Part shown: positions 32,631 to 41,596 of the stretch, in pieces | How positions within the stretch are numbered: the stretch's first letter is position 1 | Layout of the letters: every line of letters starts with the position of its first letter | Assembly (NCBI GenBank): GCA_963842525.1 | Contig: CAWJGT010000030.1 | Coordinates: 53,163 to 117,162, forward strand | Direction of reading: 5' to 3' | Length of the DNA: 64,000 nt | DNA from: an uncultured Holophagales bacterium | GTDB lineage: Bacteria; Acidobacteriota; Thermoanaerobaculia; Multivoradales; UBA5704 | Program-made: the position numbers and the translations under genes | The notes under the pieces: model-generated | The model's database searches: none | Told to the model about the DNA's origin: nothing | What the model saw: the letters and a program-made list of their open reading frames with translations, nothing else

Positions 32631-32989
32631 CCGATCCACTCCAGAGGCTGCTCCAGGGCCTCCCTCTGTCGGCCACGCTCTTTCCGCCGAGCAGCCGCTA
32701 CAGCGGGATCGAAACGGTGAAGCTGGTGACGGCGGAGGGCGAGGAGATCATCTATCTGCGGCGGCGGTTCGTGCCGCAGCCGGAACGGTTCGCGCTGCTC
32801 CGCGAGCACGTAGTCGTGCAGGGCGACCGGCTGGACAATGTGGCCGCCCAGCACCTGGGCGATCCGGAGCTCTTCTGGCGCATCTGCGACGCCAACCGCG
32901 CGTTGCGGCCGGATGAGCTGATCGAGGTGATCGGACGGCACTTACGCATCACATTACCAGAAGGCCTGCAGGGCGGAATCGATGTCTAA
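32627..32989 (+). CDS. LysM/gpX-like baseplate protein
   Basis: SRY...HVVVQGDRLDNVAAQHLGDPELFWRICDAN. Confidence 0.8.
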   Translation: MTDPLQRLLQGLPLSATLFPPSSRYSGIETVKLVTAEGEEIIYLRRRFVPQPERFALLREHVVVQGDRLDNVAAQHLGDPELFWRICDANRALRPDELIEVIGRHLRITLPEGLQGGIDV

Positions 32990-34115
32990 CGGTCTCTATC
33001 TGACGCTGATGATCGGCCCGATGGTGCCGGTGCCGGTGGGGCAGGACGTGATCGATGCCTTGACCAGTGCACAGGTGACCGTCACGGCGGGGCGCGGATC
33101 GCAAAGCGGCTTTCAGCTCACGTTCAACCTGGGCAAGCGGTCACCGCTTGAAACCCTGTTTCTGCTGGCGGGTGGCTCGATGCCCCCGGTCATCCGCGTC
33201 ATCCTGGTGGCTACGGTGAACGGCACTCCCGAGGTGCTGATGGATGGTGTGGTCACGCGGACCGACACCAAGCCGGGCGGCGGCGGAGCGCCCACGACTC
33301 TCACCGTCACAGGAGTCGACCTGACCGCCGCCATGGACTGGATCGACTTCGACGGCTTCCCATTCCCAGCCATGCCGCCGGAAGCGCGCGTCGTGCTGAT
33401 CCTGGCGAAATATGCGATGTTCGGGATCATCCCCATGGTGATCCCCAGCGTCTTGATCGACATACCCATCCCGATCGAGCGCATCCCGCGCCAGCAAGGT
33501 ACGGATTATCAATACATCACCCAGCTCGCGGACGAGGTCGGCTATGTCTTCTACATCAAGCCGGGTCCGGCCCCGGGCACGAATTTCGGCTATTGGGGGC
33601 CGGAGGTCAAGGTCGGCAAGCCGCAGCCGGCGCTCAATATCGACATGGACGCCCATACCAACGTCGAGTCGCTGACCTTCAATTTCAGCGGCGAGAGCGC
33701 CGAGCTTCCGATTCTCATGATCCATGAGCCAATGAGCAAGGCGATCATCCCCATCCCCGTCCCTGCCATCACGCCGCTCAATCCGCCCCTGGGTGCGGTG
33801 CCGCCGCTTCCCAAGAGGATCCGGTTCATCACGGGCACGGCAAAGCTCGGTCCGGTTCGTGCGGCCTTGATCGGACTGGCGAAGGCGGCGCAATCGAGCG
33901 ATGCGGTCTCGGCTTCCGGGTCTCTCGACGTCCTCCGCTATGGCCGGCCCTTGCGCGCCCGCGAGCTGGTGGGGGTACGCGGTGCCGGGACCGCCTTCGA
34001 TGGTCTTTATTACGTCAAGAGCGTGACGCATGACATCAAGCGGGGCGAGTACAAGCAGAGCTTCACGCTCACCCGCAATGGCCTCATCTCAACGATTCCC
34101 AGGGTACCAGCATGA
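32982..34115 (+). CDS. Baseplate hub protein (gp27/late control D-like)
   Basis: Position in the locus, QQGTDYQYI..LA...GYVFY, and LV.VRGAG.AFDGLYYV.SVTH....YKQSFTL.RNG. Confidence 0.75.
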   Translation: MSNGLYLTLMIGPMVPVPVGQDVIDALTSAQVTVTAGRGSQSGFQLTFNLGKRSPLETLFLLAGGSMPPVIRVILVATVNGTPEVLMDGVVTRTDTKPGGGGAPTTLTVTGVDLTAAMDWIDFDGFPFPAMPPEARVVLILAKYAMFGIIPMVIPSVLIDIPIPIERIPRQQGTDYQYITQLADEVGYVFYIKPGPAPGTNFGYWGPEVKVGKPQPALNIDMDAHTNVESLTFNFSGESAELPILMIHEPMSKAIIPIPVPAITPLNPPLGAVPPLPKRIRFITGTAKLGPVRAALIGLAKAAQSSDAVSASGSLDVLRYGRPLRARELVGVRGAGTAFDGLYYVKSVTHDIKRGEYKQSFTLTRNGLISTIPRVPA

Positions 34116-34672
34116 GCGAAGGGAAAAAGTTCTACGGCAAGTATCGCGGCACGGTGGTCAACAACATCGATCCCATGCAGATCGGGCGCATCCAGGTCAT
34201 CGTGCCTGACGTCTCGAATGTCATTCCGACGAGTTGGGCGATGCCGTGCGTGCCGATCGCCGGCAAGCAGATGGGGACGTTTATGCTGCCGCAGATTGGC
34301 GCCGGTGTCTGGGTGGAGTTCGAGCAGGGCGACCCGGACTACCCGATCTGGGTCGGCGGCTTCTGGGGGATTGTTGCGGAGGTCCCGCCAGCCGCGCTCA
34401 TACCGCCACCCATTCCTCCGGGCGGGAGCATCGTCCTGCAGACGACGCTGCAGCATTCGGTGGTCATCAGCGATGCGCCGCCGCTTCCGGCCATGGTGCC
34501 AGTACCCGCTCCAGCCCCGCCAGGAACGGGTGGCGTGATCCTGCGAAGCCCGACGGGGGCGATGATCGTTGTGAACGATACCGGCATCTACATCAACAAC
34601 GGTAAGGGCGCTTCGATCGAGCTCGTGGGACCGAGCGTCATGATCAACAAGGTCGCCCTGGTGGTGGTCTAG
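34112..34672 (+). CDS. Spike protein, gp5 OB-fold / baseplate assembly protein V
   Basis: YGKYRG.V..N.DP...GRI.V.VP...WA.PC...LP.IG..VWVEFE.GD..YPIW.G. Confidence 0.88.
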   Translation: MSEGKKFYGKYRGTVVNNIDPMQIGRIQVIVPDVSNVIPTSWAMPCVPIAGKQMGTFMLPQIGAGVWVEFEQGDPDYPIWVGGFWGIVAEVPPAALIPPPIPPGGSIVLQTTLQHSVVISDAPPLPAMVPVPAPAPPGTGGVILRSPTGAMIVVNDTGIYINNGKGASIELVGPSVMINKVALVVV

Positions 34673-34687
34673 AAAGGAAGGTGAGCC

Positions 34688-35011
34688 ATGCCGGGCTTTC
34701 TGCTGCACGTAGGCGCCACGGTGCTCTGCTCGCATGGCGGGCAGGCACAGCCGACAGTGCCCAATCCGCGCGTTCTCGTGAGCGGCCAGCCGACGGTAAC
34801 GCTGACGGCTCCCTATGTGGTCGCCGGTTGCGCCTTGCCGCCGCCGCCCACTGCCAACGGACCCTGTGTGACTGCGCAGTGGCTTGTCGGCACGACGCGC
34901 GTCCTGTCGAACGGCCAGCCGTTGCTGGTCCAGAGCAGCCAGGCGATCTGCGTGCCGACCGGCACGCCGCTCATCATCACCGTCACCCAACCGCGTGTGA
35001 GCGCCATCTGA
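34688..35011 (+). CDS. PAAR-like spike-tip protein
   Basis: GATVLCSHGG...C...PC.TAQW...RV..NGQP. Small and Cys-rich, directly after the spike gene. Confidence 0.75.
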   Translation: MPGFLLHVGATVLCSHGGQAQPTVPNPRVLVSGQPTVTLTAPYVVAGCALPPPPTANGPCVTAQWLVGTTRVLSNGQPLLVQSSQAICVPTGTPLIITVTQPRVSAI

Positions 35012-35019
35012 GGCCAGAG

Positions 35020-35379
35020 ATGGACATCGATTTTCCTTTCCATTTCGATGCCCTCGGCCGCACCGCCGCGACCGGCTATGACGATCACGTGCGCGACATG
35101 ATCGTGCAGCTCCTGTTCACCAATCCCGGGGAGCGGGTCAACCGTCCGGATTTCGGCAGCGGGTTGCGCCAGCTCGTCTTCGCGCCCAACAGCCCGGAGC
35201 TCGCGGCGGCGCTCCAGTACACGGTGCAGGCGGCCCTCCAGCGCTGGCTGGGCGATGTGATCCAGGTGCTGGCCCTGGAGGTCGTGAGCGAGGATTCCAC
35301 GCTGCGGATCACGATCGAATACGCGGTGCTGCGGACGGGCGAGACACGGACGGAAACGTTCGAGCGGAGGAGCGCATGA
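35020..35379 (+). CDS. gp25/GPW baseplate wedge protein
   Basis: FPF...LLFTNPGERVNRPDFGSGL..LVF.P. Confidence 0.88.
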   Translation: MDIDFPFHFDALGRTAATGYDDHVRDMIVQLLFTNPGERVNRPDFGSGLRQLVFAPNSPELAAALQYTVQAALQRWLGDVIQVLALEVVSEDSTLRITIEYAVLRTGETRTETFERRSA

Positions 35380-37895
35380 GCCACGGACCCGGTCTCGAAT
35401 GTCGCGACGAGCAGCGTCGCCACAAGGTCCGCGCGAGCGACCTGAACGGTCTGGACTACGTGGAAGTCTCGGACGACCAGATCCGGCTGACCGTCTATTT
35501 TCTCGGCCAGGCCCCGGAAGACCTGCGGGCCGAGAACATCCGCATCGAAGGATGCCGGCCCGGCGCCAGGCCGGTGCAGGTGATCGGTCTGCGTTTCTGC
35601 ATCCAGGAGGACCCCGAGCGCGACGACTGCCTGCACGTCTATCTCGACCGGCCGGGCGACTTCTCGAAATACCGGCTGTGCGTGGTGGAGCCCGACGAGA
35701 AGGGCAAACCCCGGCCGTTCCATGGCTTCGATCCGCGCTACCACTGCCTGGAGGTCGACTTCAAGATCGGCTGCCCGAGCGATCTCGACTGCAAGGCCGG
35801 GCAGCCCTGTCCGCCCGAGCCGCGCACCGAGCCGGCGATCGATTATCTTGCCAAGGATTACGCCAGCTTCCGGCTGCTGCTGCTGGACCGCCTCGCCCTC
35901 GTCCTGCCCGATTGGAAGGAGCGCCACATCCCCGACCTGGGGATCGCCCTGGTCGAGCTGCTCGCCTACACGGGCGATCACCTCAGCTATTACCAGGACG
36001 CCGTCGGCACCGAGGCGTATCTCGACACGGCCCGGCGCCGCACCTCGGTCCGCCGCCACGCCCGCCTGGTCGACTATCCGATGCACGAGGGGTGCAACGC
36101 CCGGGCCTGGGTGTTCGTGAAGACGAATGCCGAGCTGACGCTCGAAAGCGGGGATTCCTGCATCACCGGGTTCGCAGGCGGACCATTGCCCGACCGGGTG
36201 CTCACGTACGAAGACATCCGCAGCGTGCCGATCGATCGCTATCAAGTCTTCGCACCGATTTTCGGGACGAAGGACGAGAAGATCTTCCTCCGCTCGGAAC
36301 ACAACACGATCGCTTTCTACACCTGGGGCGATCGCGAGTGCTGCCTGCCGCGCGGCGCCACGCGGGCCACATTGCGGGACGGAGAGCCGCCGGACAGACG
36401 CAAGCTCGCGCTGCAGGCGGGCGACCTCCTGCTGTTCGAGGAGGTGCTCGGCCCCAAGACAGGGGATGCGGACGACGCCGACCGGGCCCACCGGCACGTC
36501 GTGCGTCTCACGGGCGCGGACGCGGGGACCGACGAGCTCTGCGGCCAGCCCATCGTCGAGATCGAGTGGGCGCTGGAGGATGCGCTGCCGTTCCCGCTTT
36601 GCCTCTCGGCGAGGGTCCCGGAGAAAGACTGCAAGGTTGTTCCGGACATCAGCGTGGCGCGGGGGAACGTGTTCCTGGTGGACCACGGCCGCAGGGTGGA
36701 GAAGGAGCCGCTGGGCAATGTGGAGGCACGGGAGACCGTGCTCCGCTGCGGCTGCGGCGGCCGGCCGGAGGAGGTGGAGGAGGTTCCGGAACGTTTCCGG
36801 CCCCGCCTCGACAAGGCGCCGCTCACCTTCCGACAGCCGCTCCCGCAGCCGCTCCGGAGCCTGCCGGCCGTCCGTCTGCTCACCCAGGATCCGCGGCAGG
36901 CGTTGCCCGAAATCTGGCTCTCGGCGGCCCATTCCTCCCGCACGGATGTACCCCTAGAGTGGGACGCCCGGCGCGACCTGCTGGCGAGCGACCCCGGCGA
37001 GGCCTGCTTCGTCGCCGAGGTGGACGACGACGGGAACGCGCATCTGCGGTTCGGGGACGGCGACTGCGGCAGCGTGCCGGCCGCCGGTACGGACTTCACG
37101 GTCACCTACCGCATCGGCAACGGCCCCGCGGGGAATGTGGGCGCCGGAGCCATCCGCCACCTCGTCACCAAGGCGAGTTGGGCCGGCGTGAACGTCGAGG
37201 TGAGAAACCCGCTCCCGGCCCGCGGCGGCACGCGTCCCGAGCCGGTGGAGGAGGTGCGTCTGCTGGCGCCCCACGCCTTCCGGCGGGACCCGCAGCGCGC
37301 CGTCACGGTCGACGACTACGCCCGCCGGGTCGAGCGCGACTTTCGCGGCCGGGTCCAGCGGGCCGCGGCCACGCTGCGCTGGACCGGGAGCTGGTACGAG
37401 GTGCTGGTGCTGGTCGACCCGGTCGGGGGAGCGAGGGACGACAAGCTCCTCGAGGAGATTCGCAAGGCGCTCTTCCGCTACCGCCGGATCGGTCACGATG
37501 TCGCCGTGCAGTGGGCGGTCTCCGTCCCGCTGGAGCTGGAGCTGGTGGTCTGCGTGCTCTCCGGGTTCCTGCGCGGCCACGTCAAGGCGGCCCTCCTGGA
37601 GGTCCTGAGCAACCGGCAACTCCCCGACGGCCGGCGCGGCTTCTTCCATCCCGACAACCTGAGCTTCGGCCAGGGGATCGCTTTCTCGAAGCTGATCGCC
37701 GCGGTGCAATCGGTCACCGGTGTCGAGACCATCCAGATCAGCAAGCTTGCGCGGCTCGGCAGGGAGATGGACCCCGAGGTCAAAGACAAGGGTTTTCTCC
37801 CCCTCGGCTCGCTGGAGGTCGCCCGGCTGGACAATGATCCGCAATTCCCCGGCAACGGCCAGCTGCATCTGAAGAAAGTGCGAGGTGGACGATGA
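35376..37895 (+). CDS. Baseplate J-like protein 1
   Basis: IDYLAKDYASFR...LVELLAY..D.LSYYQD...EAYLDTARRR.SV, RFGDG..G and RAVT..DY. Confidence 0.88.
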   Translation: MSHGPGLECRDEQRRHKVRASDLNGLDYVEVSDDQIRLTVYFLGQAPEDLRAENIRIEGCRPGARPVQVIGLRFCIQEDPERDDCLHVYLDRPGDFSKYRLCVVEPDEKGKPRPFHGFDPRYHCLEVDFKIGCPSDLDCKAGQPCPPEPRTEPAIDYLAKDYASFRLLLLDRLALVLPDWKERHIPDLGIALVELLAYTGDHLSYYQDAVGTEAYLDTARRRTSVRRHARLVDYPMHEGCNARAWVFVKTNAELTLESGDSCITGFAGGPLPDRVLTYEDIRSVPIDRYQVFAPIFGTKDEKIFLRSEHNTIAFYTWGDRECCLPRGATRATLRDGEPPDRRKLALQAGDLLLFEEVLGPKTGDADDADRAHRHVVRLTGADAGTDELCGQPIVEIEWALEDALPFPLCLSARVPEKDCKVVPDISVARGNVFLVDHGRRVEKEPLGNVEARETVLRCGCGGRPEEVEEVPERFRPRLDKAPLTFRQPLPQPLRSLPAVRLLTQDPRQALPEIWLSAAHSSRTDVPLEWDARRDLLASDPGEACFVAEVDDDGNAHLRFGDGDCGSVPAAGTDFTVTYRIGNGPAGNVGAGAIRHLVTKASWAGVNVEVRNPLPARGGTRPEPVEEVRLLAPHAFRRDPQRAVTVDDYARRVERDFRGRVQRAAATLRWTGSWYEVLVLVDPVGGARDDKLLEEIRKALFRYRRIGHDVAVQWAVSVPLELELVVCVLSGFLRGHVKAALLEVLSNRQLPDGRRGFFHPDNLSFGQGIAFSKLIAAVQSVTGVETIQISKLARLGREMDPEVKDKGFLPLGSLEVARLDNDPQFPGNGQLHLKKVRGGR

Positions 37896-40800
37896 GCGAG
37901 CCCTGCTATCGCGGTTGCACCTGTGCTTGCTGTGAAGGCGTCGAGGTCCTGACCCCGCAGGACACGGCCAACCGGCCCGGGCTCGATGCGATCGCCCGGC
38001 GGGCCGGCACCCACTCCAGCTTTCTGGAGACCATGAAGGCGCGGCTGTCGAGCCGCGAGTATCCGGCGTTGTCCCCCCTGGCCACCCGCGAGGCGGACGA
38101 CTTCTCGATCGCCCTCCTGGATGCCTGGGCCGTGGTGGCCGACGTGCTGACCTTCTATCAGGAACGCATCGCCAACGAGGGCTATCTGCGCACCGCCACC
38201 GAGCGCCGTTCCGTGCTGGAGCTGGCGCGGCTGGTGGGCTACCAGCCCCGTCCCGGTGTGGCAGCAAGCACGCATCTGGCCTTCACCCTGGACGAGGGCC
38301 CCGAGGTGGTGATCCGGGCCGGCGCGCGCGCCCAGAGCGTGCCTGCCCCGGGCGAGCTGCCGCAGCCCTTCGAAACCTCCGAAGACCTGACCGCCCGCGC
38401 GGCGTGGAACAACCTCCAGGTGCGGCTCAGCCAGCCGCAATTGCCGGAAAAGGTGATCGAAGACCGCGACCTCTACTTCAAGGGAATCGCGACCCAACTC
38501 AAGCCGAACGATCCGCTGTTGATCAAAACAGTCGCCGCCGAGAACGTAAAACCGACTCTCTACCGGGTGATGACGGTCGAGCCCGATGCGGTAGCCGGCC
38601 GGACCCGGGTGAAGATCGAGCCCTGGCTCGGGAAGACCACGACGACCACGACTGCTGCCTCTCCGCAGGAAGCTGCTGTGATGGCAACGCCCGCGGAGGA
38701 GTCTGTCGACCTGCGCGAGGTGGTGCGGGAGATCTTCGAGCGCTTCAAAGCTCGGGCGGTGTCCGAGGAGCTGAAAGGCACGACGGTGGACCAGGTTCTC
38801 GCAAAACTCGACCGACAGGATCTCGAGGAAGAGGTCCTGCCGGAGCTGCGGAATCGACTCAATATCCTGACCCCCAGATCCACCAAGGTGAAGCCCTGGC
38901 TTGGCGACTTGGTGAGTGAGCTCGACGCGGCGTTGGTCAGAGAGACCGCCCTCCCGGCCATGGCATCTGCTCCGGAGGCATTCAGCGACGGGAGCAACGG
39001 GAACAATGGGAACAACGAGGAGAACGGGAACAACGAGGGCAATGGGAACAACGAGAACAATGGAGAGGACGGGGAGGACGACGACACCGCGCTCACCGCG
39101 GATCTCGCCGACGTGCTGGTTCCGCTCAGCCAGCGGCGCTCCGTTCCCCCTCGCAGCAGCGTGCACCTGGGGCGTGACGTCACTGCAACCTTCAGCGCCG
39201 GCTCGGACGTGACGGCCCAGATCCTCCTGGCCACGCGGCCGAAGCTGCGCGACGTCCTCTACAGGGCCTGGGCGAACGCGCCCGTCACGGCGCAGCCGGT
39301 CCTCGAAGTCTATGCCTTGCGCCTGCCGGCCCGGGTCTTCGGGCACAACGCGCCGCTGGAGCTCAAGCGGCGTCCGAGCGACGGCGTGATCACCGAAATC
39401 AAGGAGTGGGATCTGAAGAAGTCTGCTCCCGGCGAAGCCTTCAGCGTCGAGGCCACCGTCACGCTCGTCAGCGAAGGGACTCCTACACTGCGCACCCAAC
39501 TGAAGCTCGGCGGGTTCACCGTCGATGACCCACCCTTGGGTAAGCCGGACCGCGAGCTGCCTGACGAGCTGAAACAGTTCGTGATCGACTTCCCCCCGCA
39601 GGCCGACGAGAGGGTCACTGTAACTGTATCCCACGAGGTCAACCTGCCGTTAACGTTCAGATTTCAGCGGCGTGGGAGCGTGGTGACCATGGAAGATTTT
39701 GATGACAATGAGCCCCAAGTCGGCGTGAAAAATGCCGAGCTGATCAAGCTCACTGTCACGTCTCCCGTCACGCCTCCCGGGTCCCAGAAGCTTAAAATCC
39801 TTGTAGAATGTTTCATTCCTTACACGGACATCATCTTCCTCGACAACTCTTATCCACAAGTGCTGCCCGGAAGCTGGATCGTCCTGGAGCGGCCGGATTC
39901 CAACCTGGGGAACAGCCCGCTGGTGATCACTACGGCCAGGCAGGTTAGCGAGCAATCTCTCGCCGCCTTTGGCATCACCGGGAAGAGCACGCGCGTCAAG
40001 TTGAAGGAGCCCTGGCTCAATCTCGCGACGGACGAATTCGCCGTCATCCGCGGCACCGCCGTCTATGCCCACTGCGAGCGGCTGGAGCTGGCCGAAAAAC
40101 CCATCGAGACAGCCCTCTGCGGAGGGAGCCTCGAGCTGGCCGGCCTCTACGACGGCTTGAAGCCCGGCCGCTGGCTGATCGTCAGCGGGGAGCGGACGGA
40201 CGTGGTCGCGAAGAAGGAAGTGAAGAGGCCGGACGGGACGAAGGTGAAGGTCGAGGTGCCGGTGCCTGGGATTCCTGCCGCGGAGCTGGTCATGGTGGCG
40301 GGTGTGGAGCAAGGAGCCCAGGTCGAGGAGATGCCGGCGAGCGGCGGCCAGCACGCGACGACGCCCCCGCCACCGAAAGAGCCCCAGCTTCGGCCCGGCG
40401 AGCGCAACCACACCACCCTCGTCCTGGCCTCGCCCCTCTCTTATTGCTACAAGCGCGCCGACGTCAAGGTCTGGGCCAACGTCGCGCCCGCCACCCACGG
40501 CGAGACCAAGGCGGAGGTGCTGGGCAGCGGCGACGCGAGCAAGCCCCTGCAACGCTTCCAGCTGAAGCAGTCTCCGTTGACCTACGTGCCGGCGGCCACT
40601 CCGTCGGGGGTCGAGAGCACGCTGCGGATGCGGGTCAACGACATCCTCTGGCACGAGGCGGAGAGCCTCTTCGGGCTGGAGCCCGCCGATCGGGTCTACA
40701 CGACCCGGCGGAGCGACGCGGAGGAGACCACGGTCGTCTTCGGCGACGGCAAGCGGGGAGCGCGCCCGCCGACCGGCAGCGAGAACGTGCGGGCGGTCTA

Positions 40801-41596
40801 CCGCGTCGGCCTCGGCAAGCCGGGCAACCTCGGGACCGGACGGATCAGCCAGCTCGTGACGCGCCCGCTCGGCGTCAAGGACGTGATCAATCCGCTGCCT
40901 GCCACCGGCGGCGCCGATCCGGAGAGCCGGGACCAGGCGCGGCGCAACACGCCCCTGGCCGTCATGGCCCTGGACCGCCTGGTCTCCGTTCAGGACTACA
41001 CCGACTTCGCCCGTACCTTTGCCGGCATCGGCAAGGCGAGCGCCGTCCGCCTCTCGGACGGCCGGTCCCAGGTCGTCCACGTCACTATCGCGGGGGAGGA
41101 CGACATCCCGATCGACGAGACCTCCGCGCTGTTCCGCAACCTCGAAGCGGCGCTGCGCCAGTTTGGTGCCCCCCATCTGCCGGTCCAGGTCGAAGTGCGC
41201 GACCTGTCGCTGCTCGTGCTCGCGGCCGGGGTGCGGCTGCTACCGGACTACGACTGGGAGAAGGTCTCCCCGAAGGTCCGCGCCGCCCTGCTCGACGCCT
41301 TCGCGTTCGACCGCCGCGACCTCGCCCAGGACGCTCTGTTGAGCCAGGCCGTGCGGGCGGTCCACGGCGTCCCCGGCGTGGACTACGTGGACGTGGACGT
41401 CTTCGACTCCGTCAAGGGGACCCTCGACAAGGACGAGCTCAAGAAGAGGACGAATCTCGGGCTGAAGAATCGGATCCAGGCCCGGCCGGCGGCCCTGGAG
41501 GAGCCGGGCGGCGACCGGGCCATTCGTCCCGCCGAGCTCCTCTATCTCTCGCCCGCCGTGCCCGACACGGTGATCTTGAAGGAGATCAAGGCATGA
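37892..41596 (+). CDS. Baseplate J-like protein 2 (large, with low-complexity insert)
   Basis: DVLTFYQERIANEGYLRTATERRSV.ELA..VGY, ANV..ATHGET, FGDG..G.RPPTG and RLVS..DY. Confidence 0.88.
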   Translation: MSEPCYRGCTCACCEGVEVLTPQDTANRPGLDAIARRAGTHSSFLETMKARLSSREYPALSPLATREADDFSIALLDAWAVVADVLTFYQERIANEGYLRTATERRSVLELARLVGYQPRPGVAASTHLAFTLDEGPEVVIRAGARAQSVPAPGELPQPFETSEDLTARAAWNNLQVRLSQPQLPEKVIEDRDLYFKGIATQLKPNDPLLIKTVAAENVKPTLYRVMTVEPDAVAGRTRVKIEPWLGKTTTTTTAASPQEAAVMATPAEESVDLREVVREIFERFKARAVSEELKGTTVDQVLAKLDRQDLEEEVLPELRNRLNILTPRSTKVKPWLGDLVSELDAALVRETALPAMASAPEAFSDGSNGNNGNNEENGNNEGNGNNENNGEDGEDDDTALTADLADVLVPLSQRRSVPPRSSVHLGRDVTATFSAGSDVTAQILLATRPKLRDVLYRAWANAPVTAQPVLEVYALRLPARVFGHNAPLELKRRPSDGVITEIKEWDLKKSAPGEAFSVEATVTLVSEGTPTLRTQLKLGGFTVDDPPLGKPDRELPDELKQFVIDFPPQADERVTVTVSHEVNLPLTFRFQRRGSVVTMEDFDDNEPQVGVKNAELIKLTVTSPVTPPGSQKLKILVECFIPYTDIIFLDNSYPQVLPGSWIVLERPDSNLGNSPLVITTARQVSEQSLAAFGITGKSTRVKLKEPWLNLATDEFAVIRGTAVYAHCERLELAEKPIETALCGGSLELAGLYDGLKPGRWLIVSGERTDVVAKKEVKRPDGTKVKVEVPVPGIPAAELVMVAGVEQGAQVEEMPASGGQHATTPPPPKEPQLRPGERNHTTLVLASPLSYCYKRADVKVWANVAPATHGETKAEVLGSGDASKPLQRFQLKQSPLTYVPAATPSGVESTLRMRVNDILWHEAESLFGLEPADRVYTTRRSDAEETTVVFGDGKRGARPPTGSENVRAVYRVGLGKPGNLGTGRISQLVTRPLGVKDVINPLPATGGADPESRDQARRNTPLAVMALDRLVSVQDYTDFARTFAGIGKASAVRLSDGRSQVVHVTIAGEDDIPIDETSALFRNLEAALRQFGAPHLPVQVEVRDLSLLVLAAGVRLLPDYDWEKVSPKVRAALLDAFAFDRRDLAQDALLSQAVRAVHGVPGVDYVDVDVFDSVKGTLDKDELKKRTNLGLKNRIQARPAALEEPGGDRAIRPAELLYLSPAVPDTVILKEIKA

